NCBI GenBank assembly: GCA_963850725.1
Contig: CAWKMQ010000022.1
Coordinates: 128,347-192,346 of the forward strand
Reading direction: 5' to 3'
DNA length: 64,000 bases
Source of the DNA: Vicinamibacterales bacterium
GTDB lineage: Bacteria; Acidobacteriota; Vicinamibacteria; Vicinamibacterales; JAMQPK01
The translations under genes and the position numbers were made by a program. Of this stretch, positions 55,219-64,000 are shown piece after piece (positions within the stretch are counted from its first letter, which is position 1; the number at the start of each line of letters is the position of its first letter). Below the pieces are notes generated by a model. That model was given only the letters and a program-made list of their open reading frames with translations. It was not told the origin of the DNA and made no database searches.

Positions 55219-57108
55219 ATGTCACCGACAGACGTCGTATCGCAGGAGAAGCCCACCCAGGCTCGCACCAAGGTCATCAACGATTTCAGTATTCAGGTTG
55301 CCACCGTCAACGGCTCCGGCAGTCAGACCGCCAACCTCGTCCTCCTTCGCTCCATCCTCCTGATGGGTGTTCCGGTCTCGGGGAAGAACATGTTTCCCTC
55401 GAATATTGCCGGCTTGCCCACCTGGTACACCATCCGCGCCAGCAAGCGCGGCTATGTCGGACGGAAAAAGGAAGTCGATTTCCTCATCGCGATGAACCCG
55501 GAAACGGCCAAAGAGGACGTGATGACCCTCGACGCCGGCTCCGCGGTGGTCTACGACGAGCCGCTCAAGCTGAACGCGCTCCGCTCGGACCTGACCTTCT
55601 ATCCGGTGCCGTTCGACAAGCTCGTGACGCCGGTCTGTCCGGATGCCAAGCTCCGCCGGCTCGTCCGCAACATGATCTACGACGGCATCCTGGCGAAGCT
55701 CCTGGGCATCGACATGGGCATGATGGAGCAGGCGCTGGCCCGCCAACTCGGCAAAAAAGCGAAAGCGGTGACGCTGAACCAGGGGGCATTGAAGGCCGGC
55801 TGGGACTACGCCGAGGCGACCTTTACCAAGCAGGACCCGTTTCACATCGAGAAGATGAACGAAACGGCGGGCAAGATTCTCATCGAGGGCAACGCGGCGG
55901 CCGCCATCGGCTGCATGATGGCCGGCGTCACCGTCGTCGCGTGGTATCCGATTACCCCGTCCTCCTCGCTGTGCGAATCGCTCATCGGCTACATGCGCAA
56001 GTACCGCATCGACAAGGAGACGGGTAAGGCGACATTTGCCATCGTGCAGGCCGAGGACGAGATCGCCTCGCTCGGGATGGTCATCGGGGCGGGCTGGGCA
56101 GGGGCGCGCGCGATGACCGCAACCGCCGGTCCCGGCATCTCGCTCATGTCAGAGTTCGCGGGCCTGGCGTATTACGCCGAGACACCGGCCGTCATCTTCG
56201 ACGTGCAGCGTGTGGGCCCGTCAACGGGGCTGCCGACGCGCACGGCGCAAGGCGACCTGCTGAGCACCGCGTTCCTCTCGCACGGCGACACCAAGCACAT
56301 CCTGCTGATTCCGAGCTCAGTCGAAGAGTGCTACGAGATTGCGATGAGCGCCTTCGATCTGTCCGAAGCGATTCCAGACGCCGATTTTCGTGATGATGGA
56401 CCTCGACCTCGGCATGAACAACTGGATGTCGAATGGCTTCGAGTACCCGACCAGGCCGATCGATCGCGGCAAGCGTGCTCACGGCGGACGTGCTGAAGAA
56501 GCTGGGCGAGTGGGGCCGCTACAAGGACGTCGACGGCGACGGCATCGCCTATCGCACGATTCCGGGCGACGGCATGCCCGCGTTTTTCACGCGCGGTTCG
56601 GGTCACAACCCGAAGGCGCAATACAGCGAGCGGCCGGACGACTACGTCGACAACGTCGACCGGCTCGAGCCGCAAGTTCGAAACGGCGCGCAGCTACGTG
56701 CCGGCGCCGATCGTGGAAACGAACAGGAACGCGAAGATCGGCATCATCGGCTACGGCACGTCGCACTGGGCGATCGGCGAAAGCCGCGACCAGCTTCGCG
56801 AAGAAACGAAGGTCGAGACGCTCGTACCTCCGGGTGCGCGCGTATCCGTTTACCGAGGAACTGGCGCATTCATCGACGCGCACGAGCGCATCTACATCGT
56901 CGAGCAGAACCGCGACGCCCAGCTGCTGATGCTGATGAAGCTGGAGCTTTCGCCCGAGCGCGTGGCGAAGCTTCGCAGCGTGCTCCACTACAACGGGCTG
57001 CCGATCGACGCTCGCAGCATCAGCGACGACCTCCTGTCGCAGGAAGGGTTTGAAGTGGCAAAGAAGGCGACTCCCGCTTCCGCATCGTCGATGACGGGCG
57101 GCGAGTAG
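55219..57108 (+). CDS. korA: 2-oxoacid:ferredoxin oxidoreductase alpha subunit (KorA-type fused alpha/gamma), with at least 4 apparent frameshifts
   Basis: GSGSQTAN, GNAAAAIGCMMAGV..YPITPSS, EDEIASLGMVIGAGWAGARAMTATAGPGISLM and VGPSTGLPTR are in ORF 55153..56496. The C-terminal third is spread over ORFs 56390.., 56433.. and 56698..57108. Confidence 0.82.
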
Positions 57109-57128
57109 GAGCTTGTACCATTGGAATT

Positions 57129-57153
57129 ACGTAGTGTCCGGCTTTAGCCGGAC
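57129..57153. repeat. REP-like hairpin element, family 1 (ACGTAGTGTCCGGCTTTAGCCGGAC)
   Basis: This 25-mer is identical to the one at 39161..39185. It lies in the korA-korB spacer. Confidence 0.85.
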
Positions 57154-57173
57154 CGTGAGGGATAAGGAACAAC

Positions 57174-58202
57174 ATGGCGACTCCAATAAAGGTGAATCGA
57201 ATCGGCCTGGAACCGCAGATCTACAAGGGCGGCAAGACGACGCTGTGCGCCGGGTGCGGGCACAACGCGATTTCAGAGCGCATCATCGAGGCGTTTTATG
57301 AGATGGGCGTCGATCCCAAACAGGTAATCAAGCTGTCGGGCATCGGCTGCTCCAGCAAGAGCCCCGCCTATTTTCTGGGCGGCTCTCACGGGTTCAACGC
57401 GGTGCACGGCCGGATGCCGTCGGTGGGCACGGGCGCGATGCTGGCGAACCAGAAGCTCATCGCCATCGGCGTCAGCGGCGACGGCGACACCGGCGCCATC
57501 GGCATCGGTCAGTTCGTCCACCTGATGCGGCGCAATCTGCCCATCATCTACATCATCGAAGACAACGGCTGCTACGGCCTCACGAAGGGGCAGTTCTCGC
57601 CGACGGCCGACGTCGGGTCGAAGCTGAAAAACGGGGTGGTCAACGACCTGCAGCCGATCGACACGTGCGCGCTGGCCGTCCAGCTCGGGGCGACGTTCGT
57701 GGCGCGGTCGTTTTCGGGCGACAAGAAGCAGCTGCTCGCGCTGCTGAAGGCGGCGCTCAGTCACCGTGGAACGGTGATGCTCGACGTCATCTCGCCGTGC
57801 GTGACCTTCAACGACCACGAAGGGTCGACGAAGAGCTATGCCTACGTGAAGGATCACGACGATCCGCTCGAAGAAGTGAGCTTCGTGCCGTTCTTCGAGG
57901 ACATCTCGGTGGAATACGACCCGGGCACGACCCAGGAAGTGAAGATGCACGACGGATCGCGTCTGTTTCTGAAGAAGCTCGAGGAGTCCTACGATCCGAC
58001 CGACAAGCTCGCGGCCATGCGCGTCCTGCACGAGACGGCGCGCCGCGGCGAATTCGCGACGGGGCTGATCTACATCGAGCCCGATCGCGACGATTTCCTC
58101 CGCCAGCTCAACGTGGTCGACGAGCCGCTGGCCTCATTGCCCCTCGAGCGCACACGCCCGTCCAAGGCCGCGCTCGACGAGATCATGGAATCCTTGCGCT
58201 GA
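57174..58202 (+). CDS. korB: 2-oxoacid:ferredoxin oxidoreductase beta subunit (TPP-binding)
   Basis: Intact ORF with LCAGCGH, GIGCSS, SGDGDTGAIG and NNGCYGLTKGQ-type motifs. Confidence 0.88.
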   Translation: MATPIKVNRIGLEPQIYKGGKTTLCAGCGHNAISERIIEAFYEMGVDPKQVIKLSGIGCSSKSPAYFLGGSHGFNAVHGRMPSVGTGAMLANQKLIAIGVSGDGDTGAIGIGQFVHLMRRNLPIIYIIEDNGCYGLTKGQFSPTADVGSKLKNGVVNDLQPIDTCALAVQLGATFVARSFSGDKKQLLALLKAALSHRGTVMLDVISPCVTFNDHEGSTKSYAYVKDHDDPLEEVSFVPFFEDISVEYDPGTTQEVKMHDGSRLFLKKLEESYDPTDKLAAMRVLHETARRGEFATGLIYIEPDRDDFLRQLNVVDEPLASLPLERTRPSKAALDEIMESLR

Positions 58203-58213
58203 GCTTCGCGGTC

Positions 58214-58285
58214 ATGGCAGATGGCAGAATGGCGGATGGCAAAGGGCCGTCTGCCATGCCATCGTGCCAGTCTGCCATGTGCCCT
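58214..58285. repeat. Mirrored array: ATGGC(A/G)G units 4 times (period 7-8), then TCTGCCAT/GCCAT units
   Basis: ATGGC starts at 58214, 58221, 58229 and 58236. Inverted TCTGCCAT units are at 58250 and 58271. The array lies between convergent korB and the 58296..58499 ORF. Confidence 0.85.
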
Positions 58286-58295
58286 GACAGGTTAC

Positions 58296-58499
58296 CTATT
58301 TCAGCCCTTGCGTTTGGTCCGCGTTGGCCCCAATCACATCCTCGGCAATCGCCAGCCGATCCTTGGGCAGCCCGTTGCTGTCGAGGGCTCCAGGCGCGTT
58401 CTCGTTGCCTTGCTGGGTGTCCGTAGGACGGTCACCTTCCACCGCCCCCTTGTCGTGATCCGGGTCAGTCGGTTTCGGCAGAGCGGTTGGAGCGGGCAT
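58296..58499 (-). CDS. Small acidic hypothetical protein (67 aa)
   Basis: AAGGAG lies 7 nt upstream of the ATG. The sequence is hydrophilic (..GNENAPGALDSNGLPKDRLAIAEDVIGANADQTQG..). It is divergent from ndk. Confidence 0.55.
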   Translation of the reverse strand: MPAPTALPKPTDPDHDKGAVEGDRPTDTQQGNENAPGALDSNGLPKDRLAIAEDVIGANADQTQGLK

Positions 58500-58540
58500 C
58501 TCGGTCTCCTTGCGACAGGGCTATATAATTGACGACTTCT

Positions 58541-58956
58541 ATGGAACGAACATTCGCCATCATCAAGCCGGACGCCACGTCGAGGCAGTACACGGGCAAG
58601 ATTCTTCAGCGAATCGAGGAAGCCGGATTCAGAATCCGTGCCATGAAGACGCTGAGGCTGACGCAGAAGGAAGCCGAGGGCTTTTACGCCGTGCACCGCG
58701 AGCGTCCGTTCTTCAAGGGGCTCACCGAATTCATGGCGTCGGGACCGATCGTCGCGATGGTGCTCGAGGCGCCCGACGCGATCAAGAAGTGGCGCACGCT
58801 GATGGGGGCCACCGATCCGGCCAAGGCCGATCCCGGCACCATTCGGAAGGAGTTCGCGAGCTCGATTGGCGAAAACGCCACGCACGGCTCCGACGCGCCC
58901 GAGACCGCGGCCTTCGAGATCGGGTATTTTTTCGCGGCATGGAACTCGTCGACTAG
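58541..58956 (+). CDS. ndk: Nucleoside diphosphate kinase, with one apparent frameshift near the 3' end
   Basis: [12 protein letters not shown], the active-site NATHGSD and YFF. The terminal GMELVD* is in the frame of ORF 58510..58956. Confidence 0.88.
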
Positions 58957-58964
58957 AGTTCGTT

Positions 58965-59035
58965 GACGCAGAGCCGCAAAGGCGCTGAGAATTCTACTTT
59001 TCGAGGAATTTCTCTGCGGCTCCGCGCTCTGCGTC
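58965..59035. other. Long imperfect hairpin (71 nt) downstream of ndk
   Basis: The outer stem is GACGCAGAG/CTCTGCGTC (58965-73 with 59027-35). Inner pairings are CCGCA/TGCGG and GAGAATTC/GAAtTTCTC. Confidence 0.5.
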
Positions 59036-59052
59036 GAGACGAGGTCCGTCGA

Positions 59053-59218
59053 ATGGGGAAGTTGCTGGTCGTTGCGGAGGGATCTTGCTGGTGCTCGGGC
59101 TGCTCGTGATGGCCGGGTTCCCGCTGTTCCGGCTGCCCGGAGACTTCACCGTGCGCCGCGGCCCGGTGACCTTCTACTTTCCGCTGGTGACGTCGATTCT
59201 GTTGAGCATATTCTGCTG
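59053..59218 (+). CDS. DUF2905-like small membrane protein, with an apparent frameshift
   Basis: MGKLLVVA, then in the next frame [46 protein letters not shown]. The RLPGD...FYFPL pattern is typical of DUF2905. Confidence 0.55.
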
Positions 59219-59254
59219 ACACTCGTCATGATGTTTTTCCGCAAGATAGACAAG

Positions 59255-59809
59255 ATGACTATCAAATCCGATCGGTGGATCAAAAGAATGGCTCGCGAGC
59301 ACAGGATGATCGAGCCGTTTGTCGAGAGCCAGGTGCGTGGCAGCGCGATCTCGTACGGCGTGTCGTCGTATGGCTACGACATCCGCGTGGCCGACGAGTT
59401 CAAGGTCTTCACCAACATCAACAACACCGTCATCGATCCCAAGAACTTCGATCCGCGCTCCTTCGTCGACATCAAGACCGACGTCTGCATCGTGCCGCCC
59501 AACTCGTTTGCGCTCGCGCGCACCATCGAGTATTTCCGCATCCCCCGCGACGTGCTGACGATCTGCCTGGGCAAGTCCACCTACGCGCGCTGCGGGATCA
59601 TCGTCAATGTGACGCCGTTCGAGCCCGAGTGGGAGGGTACGGTCACGCTCGAGATCTCGAATACGACCCCCTTGCCGGCGAAGATCTACGCCAACGAGGG
59701 GATCGCGCAAGTCCTGTTCTTCCAGAGTGATGAGCCCTGTGAGATGTCCTACAAAGACAAAAAAGGGAAGTACCAGGCGCAGACCGGCGTGACGCTGCCG
59801 AAGATTTGA
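59255..59809 (+). CDS. dcd: dCTP deaminase
   Basis: Read from the internal Met of ORF 59072..59809, with [34 protein letters not shown] and EPEWEG. Confidence 0.88.
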   Translation: MTIKSDRWIKRMAREHRMIEPFVESQVRGSAISYGVSSYGYDIRVADEFKVFTNINNTVIDPKNFDPRSFVDIKTDVCIVPPNSFALARTIEYFRIPRDVLTICLGKSTYARCGIIVNVTPFEPEWEGTVTLEISNTTPLPAKIYANEGIAQVLFFQSDEPCEMSYKDKKGKYQAQTGVTLPKI

Positions 59810-59878
59810 CGTACTCCGGTACATCCGTATATAAATTGGCGCATTACTCGCAAATCCCAGGGTCTCGTTTCGCGCTAA

Positions 59879-60775
59879 ATGGACAAACTAGTCGAGCGAG
59901 AGGCGGCCGCTCGCAACCCGCTGGCATCAGCGCCCGCGATCGCCGTTCAGTTCTTCCTTATCCCGCTGCTCGTTGTCGGCGCCACGGTGCTCGTTTATGT
60001 CGGTTTTCGCAGTCTGCTCAGCGAGGGCCGGACGGCCGAGGAATATCTCACCGACATCCGATCGGGCGGGAGCAACCGGCGTTGGCCGGCCGCGTACGAA
60101 CTGTCGCGGCTGATGGCCGATCCGGCGTTCGTCGAACGAGAAGGTGCGAAGCTCGCCCCCGAACTGACCAAGGCATTCGCGGAGTCGGGAAACGACGACC
60201 CCAGGGTAAGGCAGTATCTCGCGTTGACGCTGGGCCGGCTGACCCCGCCCATTCCTGCCGAGGCGCGCACGCTTCTGATAGGCGCGCTCAACGACCAGGA
60301 CAGTCAGACACGAATCAGCGCGATCTGGGCGCTCGGATCGACGGGTGATGCGTCGGCCGCCGCCGACATCGAGCGGCAGTACCAGTCCGAGGACGCGGGT
60401 GTCCGGAAGATGGCGGTGTACGCGCTAGGGTCGATGCCGGTCGGGACGGGCAACGACATACTCGTCAAGGCGCTCGAAGACGGGCAGGCCGACGTGCAGT
60501 GGAACGCCGCGATTGCGCTGGCCCGGCATGGCCGCCACGAGGGCGTGCCGGTGCTGCGGCGCATGCTCGACCGCGCGTACGTCGAGCGGAACGTCACGCG
60601 GCAGCCGCAGCCGCGCGAAGACGTGGATCCGGTCGGCGAGGTGATGATCAGCGGCCTGCGGGCGATCGCGGCCTTGAAGGAATCGGCGTTGTCGGACCAG
60701 GTGAGGGCGTTGAGCACCGAAGACCATGACTTGAAGGTCAGGCAGGCAGCGATCGAGGCGTTGAAGAATCTGTAG
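59879..60775 (+). CDS. HEAT-repeat protein with an N-terminal TM helix
   Basis: Intact ORF. The TM helix is AIAVQFFLIPLLVVGATVLVYVGF, followed by repeated D..VR..A..ALG HEAT/PBS-lyase-like units. Confidence 0.7.
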   Translation: MDKLVEREAAARNPLASAPAIAVQFFLIPLLVVGATVLVYVGFRSLLSEGRTAEEYLTDIRSGGSNRRWPAAYELSRLMADPAFVEREGAKLAPELTKAFAESGNDDPRVRQYLALTLGRLTPPIPAEARTLLIGALNDQDSQTRISAIWALGSTGDASAAADIERQYQSEDAGVRKMAVYALGSMPVGTGNDILVKALEDGQADVQWNAAIALARHGRHEGVPVLRRMLDRAYVERNVTRQPQPREDVDPVGEVMISGLRAIAALKESALSDQVRALSTEDHDLKVRQAAIEALKNL

Positions 60776-60786
60776 GTAAACAACCA

Positions 60787-61607
60787 ATGGCTGACGAAAC
60801 GAAACCCCCTGCGCCTGGCGCGCCGAACGCACCTGGCTGCACCCGTCGCACCCGGCGCACCCGTCGCACCTAACGCACCTGTCGCACCCGACGCACCCGT
60901 CGCACCCAGTGCGGCTCCGGTTGCGCCAAACCAGCGGCTCCAGCTGCGCACGCCGCACCTGGCGCACCGGCGCACCTGCCGCACCCAAACCGGCCGTGCC
61001 GCCCAAGCCGGCGGCGCCTCCGCCGCCTTCGGTGGATCTGGCCGGCAAAACGACGACGGCAGCGGCCACCGCGGCGAAGGTCAGCTCGCGCGATCCTGAC
61101 GACTCGTCGCCGCTCGTCACGCGGCGCGTGTGGCTGGGTATGGCATGGGGAGCGTTCTCGGCGGCCTCGGCGGCCGCGCTGGCGGCGACCGGCCGCTTCA
61201 TGTTTCCCAACGTCCTCAACGAGCCGCCGCAGCAATTCAAGGTCGGCTTTCCCGCCGACTTCGGTATGGGTGTGGACGAGCGGTTCAAGGAATCGAACGG
61301 CATCTGGATTGTCCGGACGGCCGACGATATCGATCAGCACGCCAGCGGGTTCTACGTCCTGAGCACGACCTGCACTCACCTCGGCTGCACGCCGAACTAT
61401 CTCGCCGCCGAAGGCAAGTTCAAGTGCCCGTGTCACGGCAGCGGATTCCGCACGACGGGCGTCAATTTCGAAGGACCGGCGCCGCGACCGCTCGAGCGCG
61501 TGGGCGTCGCGCTCGCCGAGGATGGTCAGATACAGGTCAACAAGGCGCGCAAATTCCAGCGAGAGCTCGGACAGTGGATCGATCCCGAGTCGTTCCTGCG
61601 AATCTGA
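60787..61607 (+). CDS. Rieske [2Fe-2S] subunit of a cytochrome bc-type complex, with a Pro/Ala-rich repeat N-terminus and at least 2 apparent frameshifts
   Basis: CTHLGC and CPCHGS are in ORF 60909..61607, with a twin-Arg/TM segment TRRVWLGMAWGAFSAASAAALA. The ATG at 60787 opens MADETKPPAPGAPNAP, then the frame is lost at 60838 inside the 9-nt array. Confidence 0.8.
60829..60910. repeat. Tandem 9-nt array GCACCCGTC (9 units), coding for (APx)n
   Basis: GCACC starts at 60829, 60839, 60848, 60857, 60866, 60875, 60884, 60893 and 60902. The single 10-nt spacing, between the first two units, coincides with the reading-frame break. Confidence 0.9.
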
Positions 61608-61649
61608 ACACTGCGAACCGACGACTGAAGACTGACAACTGAAGACTGA
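61601..61649. repeat. Heptamer tandem array (x)ACTGA(x), 7 units of period 7, between the Rieske and cytochrome b genes
   Basis: aatctga acactgc gaaccga cgactga agactga caactga agactga, then tATG. TGA falls at 61605 (the Rieske stop), 61626, 61633, 61640 and 61647. Confidence 0.9.
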
Positions 61650-61650
61650 T

Positions 61651-62484
61651 ATGGCCACAGAGACCAAAACGATAAAACCGCAGGAAAGCGCCGCCACGCG
61701 CTTCTGGAACTGGCTGACCGAAACACAGGTCTGGACCTCGGTGTTCCGCCACGAGCGGCCCGATACCGATCGCAATCGCGTGCTCGTGATGCTGTCGAAC
61801 GTCTTCCTGCATCTGCACCCGGTGCGGATCAGGAAGTCGGGCGTCAAGCTGCGCTACACGTGGTGCATGGGAGGGCTGAGCTTCTTCCTCTTCCTGGTCC
61901 TCACCTTTACCGGCTTGCTGCTGATGTTCTACTACCGGCCGACGCTCGAATACGCCTACAACGACATCGTCGGTCTGCGCGAGCATGTGCCGCTCGGCAT
62001 CATGCGCGAGATGCACCGGTGGGGCGCGCACGCGATGGTCATCACGGTGTGGCTGCACATGTTCCGCGTCTTCATGACCGGGTCGTACAAGCCGCCGCGC
62101 GAGTTCAACTGGAGCATCGGCGTCATCATGCTGGTGCTGACGCTGCTGCTGTCGTTCACCGGCTACCTGCTGCCGTGGGACCAGCTGGCGATCTGGGCCA
62201 TCACGGTCGGCTCGAACATGGCGCGCGCGACACCGTTCCTCGGGCACGAAGGGCCGGGCGCGGCGCTGCTGGCGCTGGGCGACGTCAAGCTGATTCACGC
62301 GGCCGACGATGCGCGGTTCGCGCTGCTGGGCGGCACGTTCGTCGGCGAAGGCGCGCTGCTGCGGTTTTACGTGCTCCACTGCGTCGGGTTGCCACTGGGC
62401 ATTGCCGTGCTGATGGCGGTGCACTTCTGGCGCGTGCGCAAAGACGGCGGCATCTCGCGGGCCACTTTAGGCGGTAGCTGTTAG
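61651..62484 (+). CDS. Cytochrome b (b6-like N-terminal, haem-binding part)
   Basis: Intact ORF with 4 TM helices and conserved His residues ([34 protein letters not shown]). Confidence 0.82.
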   Translation: MATETKTIKPQESAATRFWNWLTETQVWTSVFRHERPDTDRNRVLVMLSNVFLHLHPVRIRKSGVKLRYTWCMGGLSFFLFLVLTFTGLLLMFYYRPTLEYAYNDIVGLREHVPLGIMREMHRWGAHAMVITVWLHMFRVFMTGSYKPPREFNWSIGVIMLVLTLLLSFTGYLLPWDQLAIWAITVGSNMARATPFLGHEGPGAALLALGDVKLIHAADDARFALLGGTFVGEGALLRFYVLHCVGLPLGIAVLMAVHFWRVRKDGGISRATLGGSC

Positions 62485-62501
62485 CCCGTAGCTGGTAGCA
62501 A
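62467..62501. repeat. Heptamer tandem array (G/T)TAGCNN, 5 units of period 7
   Basis: TAG falls at 62468, 62475, 62482 (the cytochrome b stop), 62489 and 62496. The next ATG is at 62506. Confidence 0.88.
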
Positions 62502-62505
62502 AACT

Positions 62506-63583
62506 ATGGATTTCATCAAAGGAATCTTTAACGTCATCGCCGATCCGCGGCTGTACTTCGTGTTGATGGTGCTGTCGCTCGTCTTGATGGTGTGGAAGCG
62601 CGAGGCCTTCGCCTCGAAAGCCGTGGGATACGGCGTGCTCGGCTTTCTGACGCTGTTCTTCGTCCTCGGCGGCCTGGATCCGAACTTCCGGCTCATCATC
62701 ACGAAGCCCGACAACGTGCCCATCGTCGGGCTGATCTTCCTGCTGGTGTTCTTCACCTGGTACTCGATGCGTCAGGCCGTGCTGAACGACCAGCGCATCG
62801 CAAAAGGTGAGGGGCCCATCGAGAAGGCCGAGTCGGATCGCGTGTGGGTGTGGCCGGACCTCGTCTACACCGAGCTCATCTCGCTGATCCTGTGCTCCGT
62901 CGTGCTGATCGTCTGGTCGATCCTGCTGAAGGCGCCGCTGGAGCAGCCGGCGAACCGTGCCGTGACGCCGAACCCGTCGAAGGCCCCGTGGTACTTCCTC
63001 GGCCTGCAGGAAATGCTCGTGTACTTCGATCCCTGGCTGGCGGGCGTCGTGCTGCCGAGCCTGATCATCGTCGGGCTGATCGCCATTCCGTACATCGACA
63101 GGAACCCGAAGGGAAATGGCTACTTCACCTTCAACGAGCGAAAGACCGAGATCACGCTGTTCCTCTTCGGCTTTGTCGTCCTGTGGTCGTCGCTGATCGT
63201 GCTCGGCACGTTCCTTCGCGGGCCGAACTGGAACTTCTTCGGCCCTTCGAGTACTGGGACACGCACAAGCTGGAGGCGCTGACCAACGTCAATCTGTCGG
63301 AGTACTTCTGGGTGCGCGTGCTCGGGCAGGGGCTGCCGACGAACTACTTCATTCGAGAACTGCCGGGAATTCTGCTGTCGCTGGTGTACGTCCTGGTGCT
63401 GCCGGTGGTCCTGGCTCGAGGCGCTGTTCAAGAGCTTCTGTCGGCAAGCTCGGCGCTCCGCGCTTCTACGTCACCGTCTTTCTGTTCCTGATGATGATGT
63501 CGCTGCCGGTCAAGATGCTGCTTCGGTGGATCTTCAACCTGAAGTACATCGTGGCGATTCCCGAGATCTTCTTCAATATCTGA
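62506..63583 (+). CDS. Cytochrome b C-terminal part / subunit IV-like membrane protein with extra TM helices, with 2 apparent frameshifts
   Basis: PNPSKAPWYFLGLQEML and IPYID are in ORF 62506..63282. The reading continues in ORF 62844..63491 and a third frame (YVTVFLFLMMMSLPVKMLLRWIF...FFNI*). Frame switches lie near 63240 and 63425. Confidence 0.75.
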
Positions 63584-63589
63584 GACGCT

Positions 63590-64000
63590 ATGGCTGAAAA
63601 AAAGGCTGTCGGTCACGCCTATAACATCGACTTCCTGAACGTCGTCTTTGCGGCGTCGAGCATCTTCCTGTTCCTGTCCACGATCTGGATGGTGTGGGAC
63701 GACTTCGACCGCGAGTGGAAGAACACGCAGCGCCAGTTCACGCAGCTCGAACTCGAGGTGACGCGCGCGCAGCTGGCCCAGACCGAGCGTGGCATCGACA
63801 AGACCAAGATGACCGGCCTGCAGCAGCAGCTCGCCGCCGCTGAAAAAGCGATGGAGGGCAACCGTCAGCAGATCGACGTGCTGAACGACGAGATGGCCGA
63901 GATTGATGCCAGGCTCTATCGGGTGAGTCAATCGGCGCAGTTCGCGAAGGCGACCTACGACGTCCACCGATATGCGTTCGAGGAACGGCGGACGAAGGAC
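63590..64000 (+). CDS. TM-anchored coiled-coil protein, 3' end cut by the window edge. It may be the next subunit of the bc-type complex.
   Basis: Hand translation from ATG 63590 gives MAEKKAVGHAYNIDFLNVVFAASSIFLFLSTIWMVWDDFDREWKNTQRQF...; this ORF is absent from the supplied track because it has no stop. No haem motif is visible in the part seen. Confidence 0.5.
   Translation, partial: MAEKKAVGHAYNIDFLNVVFAASSIFLFLSTIWMVWDDFDREWKNTQRQFTQLELEVTRAQLAQTERGIDKTKMTGLQQQLAAAEKAMEGNRQQIDVLNDEMAEIDARLYRVSQSAQFAKATYDVHRYAFEERRTKD

Overview
This is a 64-kb, roughly 66% GC chromosomal segment from a diderm bacterium. Gene content and repeat types look Acidobacteriota-like, but that is inference only. 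Nearly all of it is core housekeeping DNA.

Gene content, in order:
- Peptidoglycan recycling and synthesis: ldcA-mpl-pxpBC-murB-murA.
- A minus-strand envelope operon: CHCC mini-protein, Cys-less rhodanese, DUF2723 membrane protein, LolA-like protein, TPR lipo-secretin, acyl-CoA synthetase.
- A hybrid histidine kinase, corA and a glutaminyl cyclase.
- An ECF sigma / anti-sigma / DUF4252 module.
- A low-GC fragmented acyltransferase next to tRNA-Ala(CGC).
- pfkA, frr-pyrH-tsf-rpsB and rpsI-rplM.
- pilMNOPQ plus three extra envelope genes.
- pepP-like, accBC, thiE, an RCK K+ channel, folD and coaE.
- A Kdo/LPS block: lapB-kpsF-kdsA-pyrG-kdsB.
- serA.
- A TCA block: mdh, sdhCAB, sucCD, korAB.
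- ndk and dcd.
- A Rieske/cytochrome b complex.

Two window-wide observations:
1. About 50 apparent frameshifts interrupt clearly essential genes. Every junction I resolved to the nucleotide sits in a homopolymer run. These look like consensus errors, not pseudogenes.
2. Gene boundaries are decorated with short-period (7-9 nt) locus-specific tandem oligonucleotide arrays and with REP-like hairpins.
   - Several heptamer arrays carry a stop codon in every unit, so stops rotate through all three frames, and the gene's own stop is one of the units.
   - Two 9-nt arrays sit inside coding regions.
   - Three arrays are mirrored into long imperfect palindromes.

No CRISPR array, rRNA, transposase, integrase or recognisable defence or toxin system was seen. 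The repeat architecture and the secretin operon are the most unusual content. No database search or computation was possible, so every family call rests on motifs read by eye.
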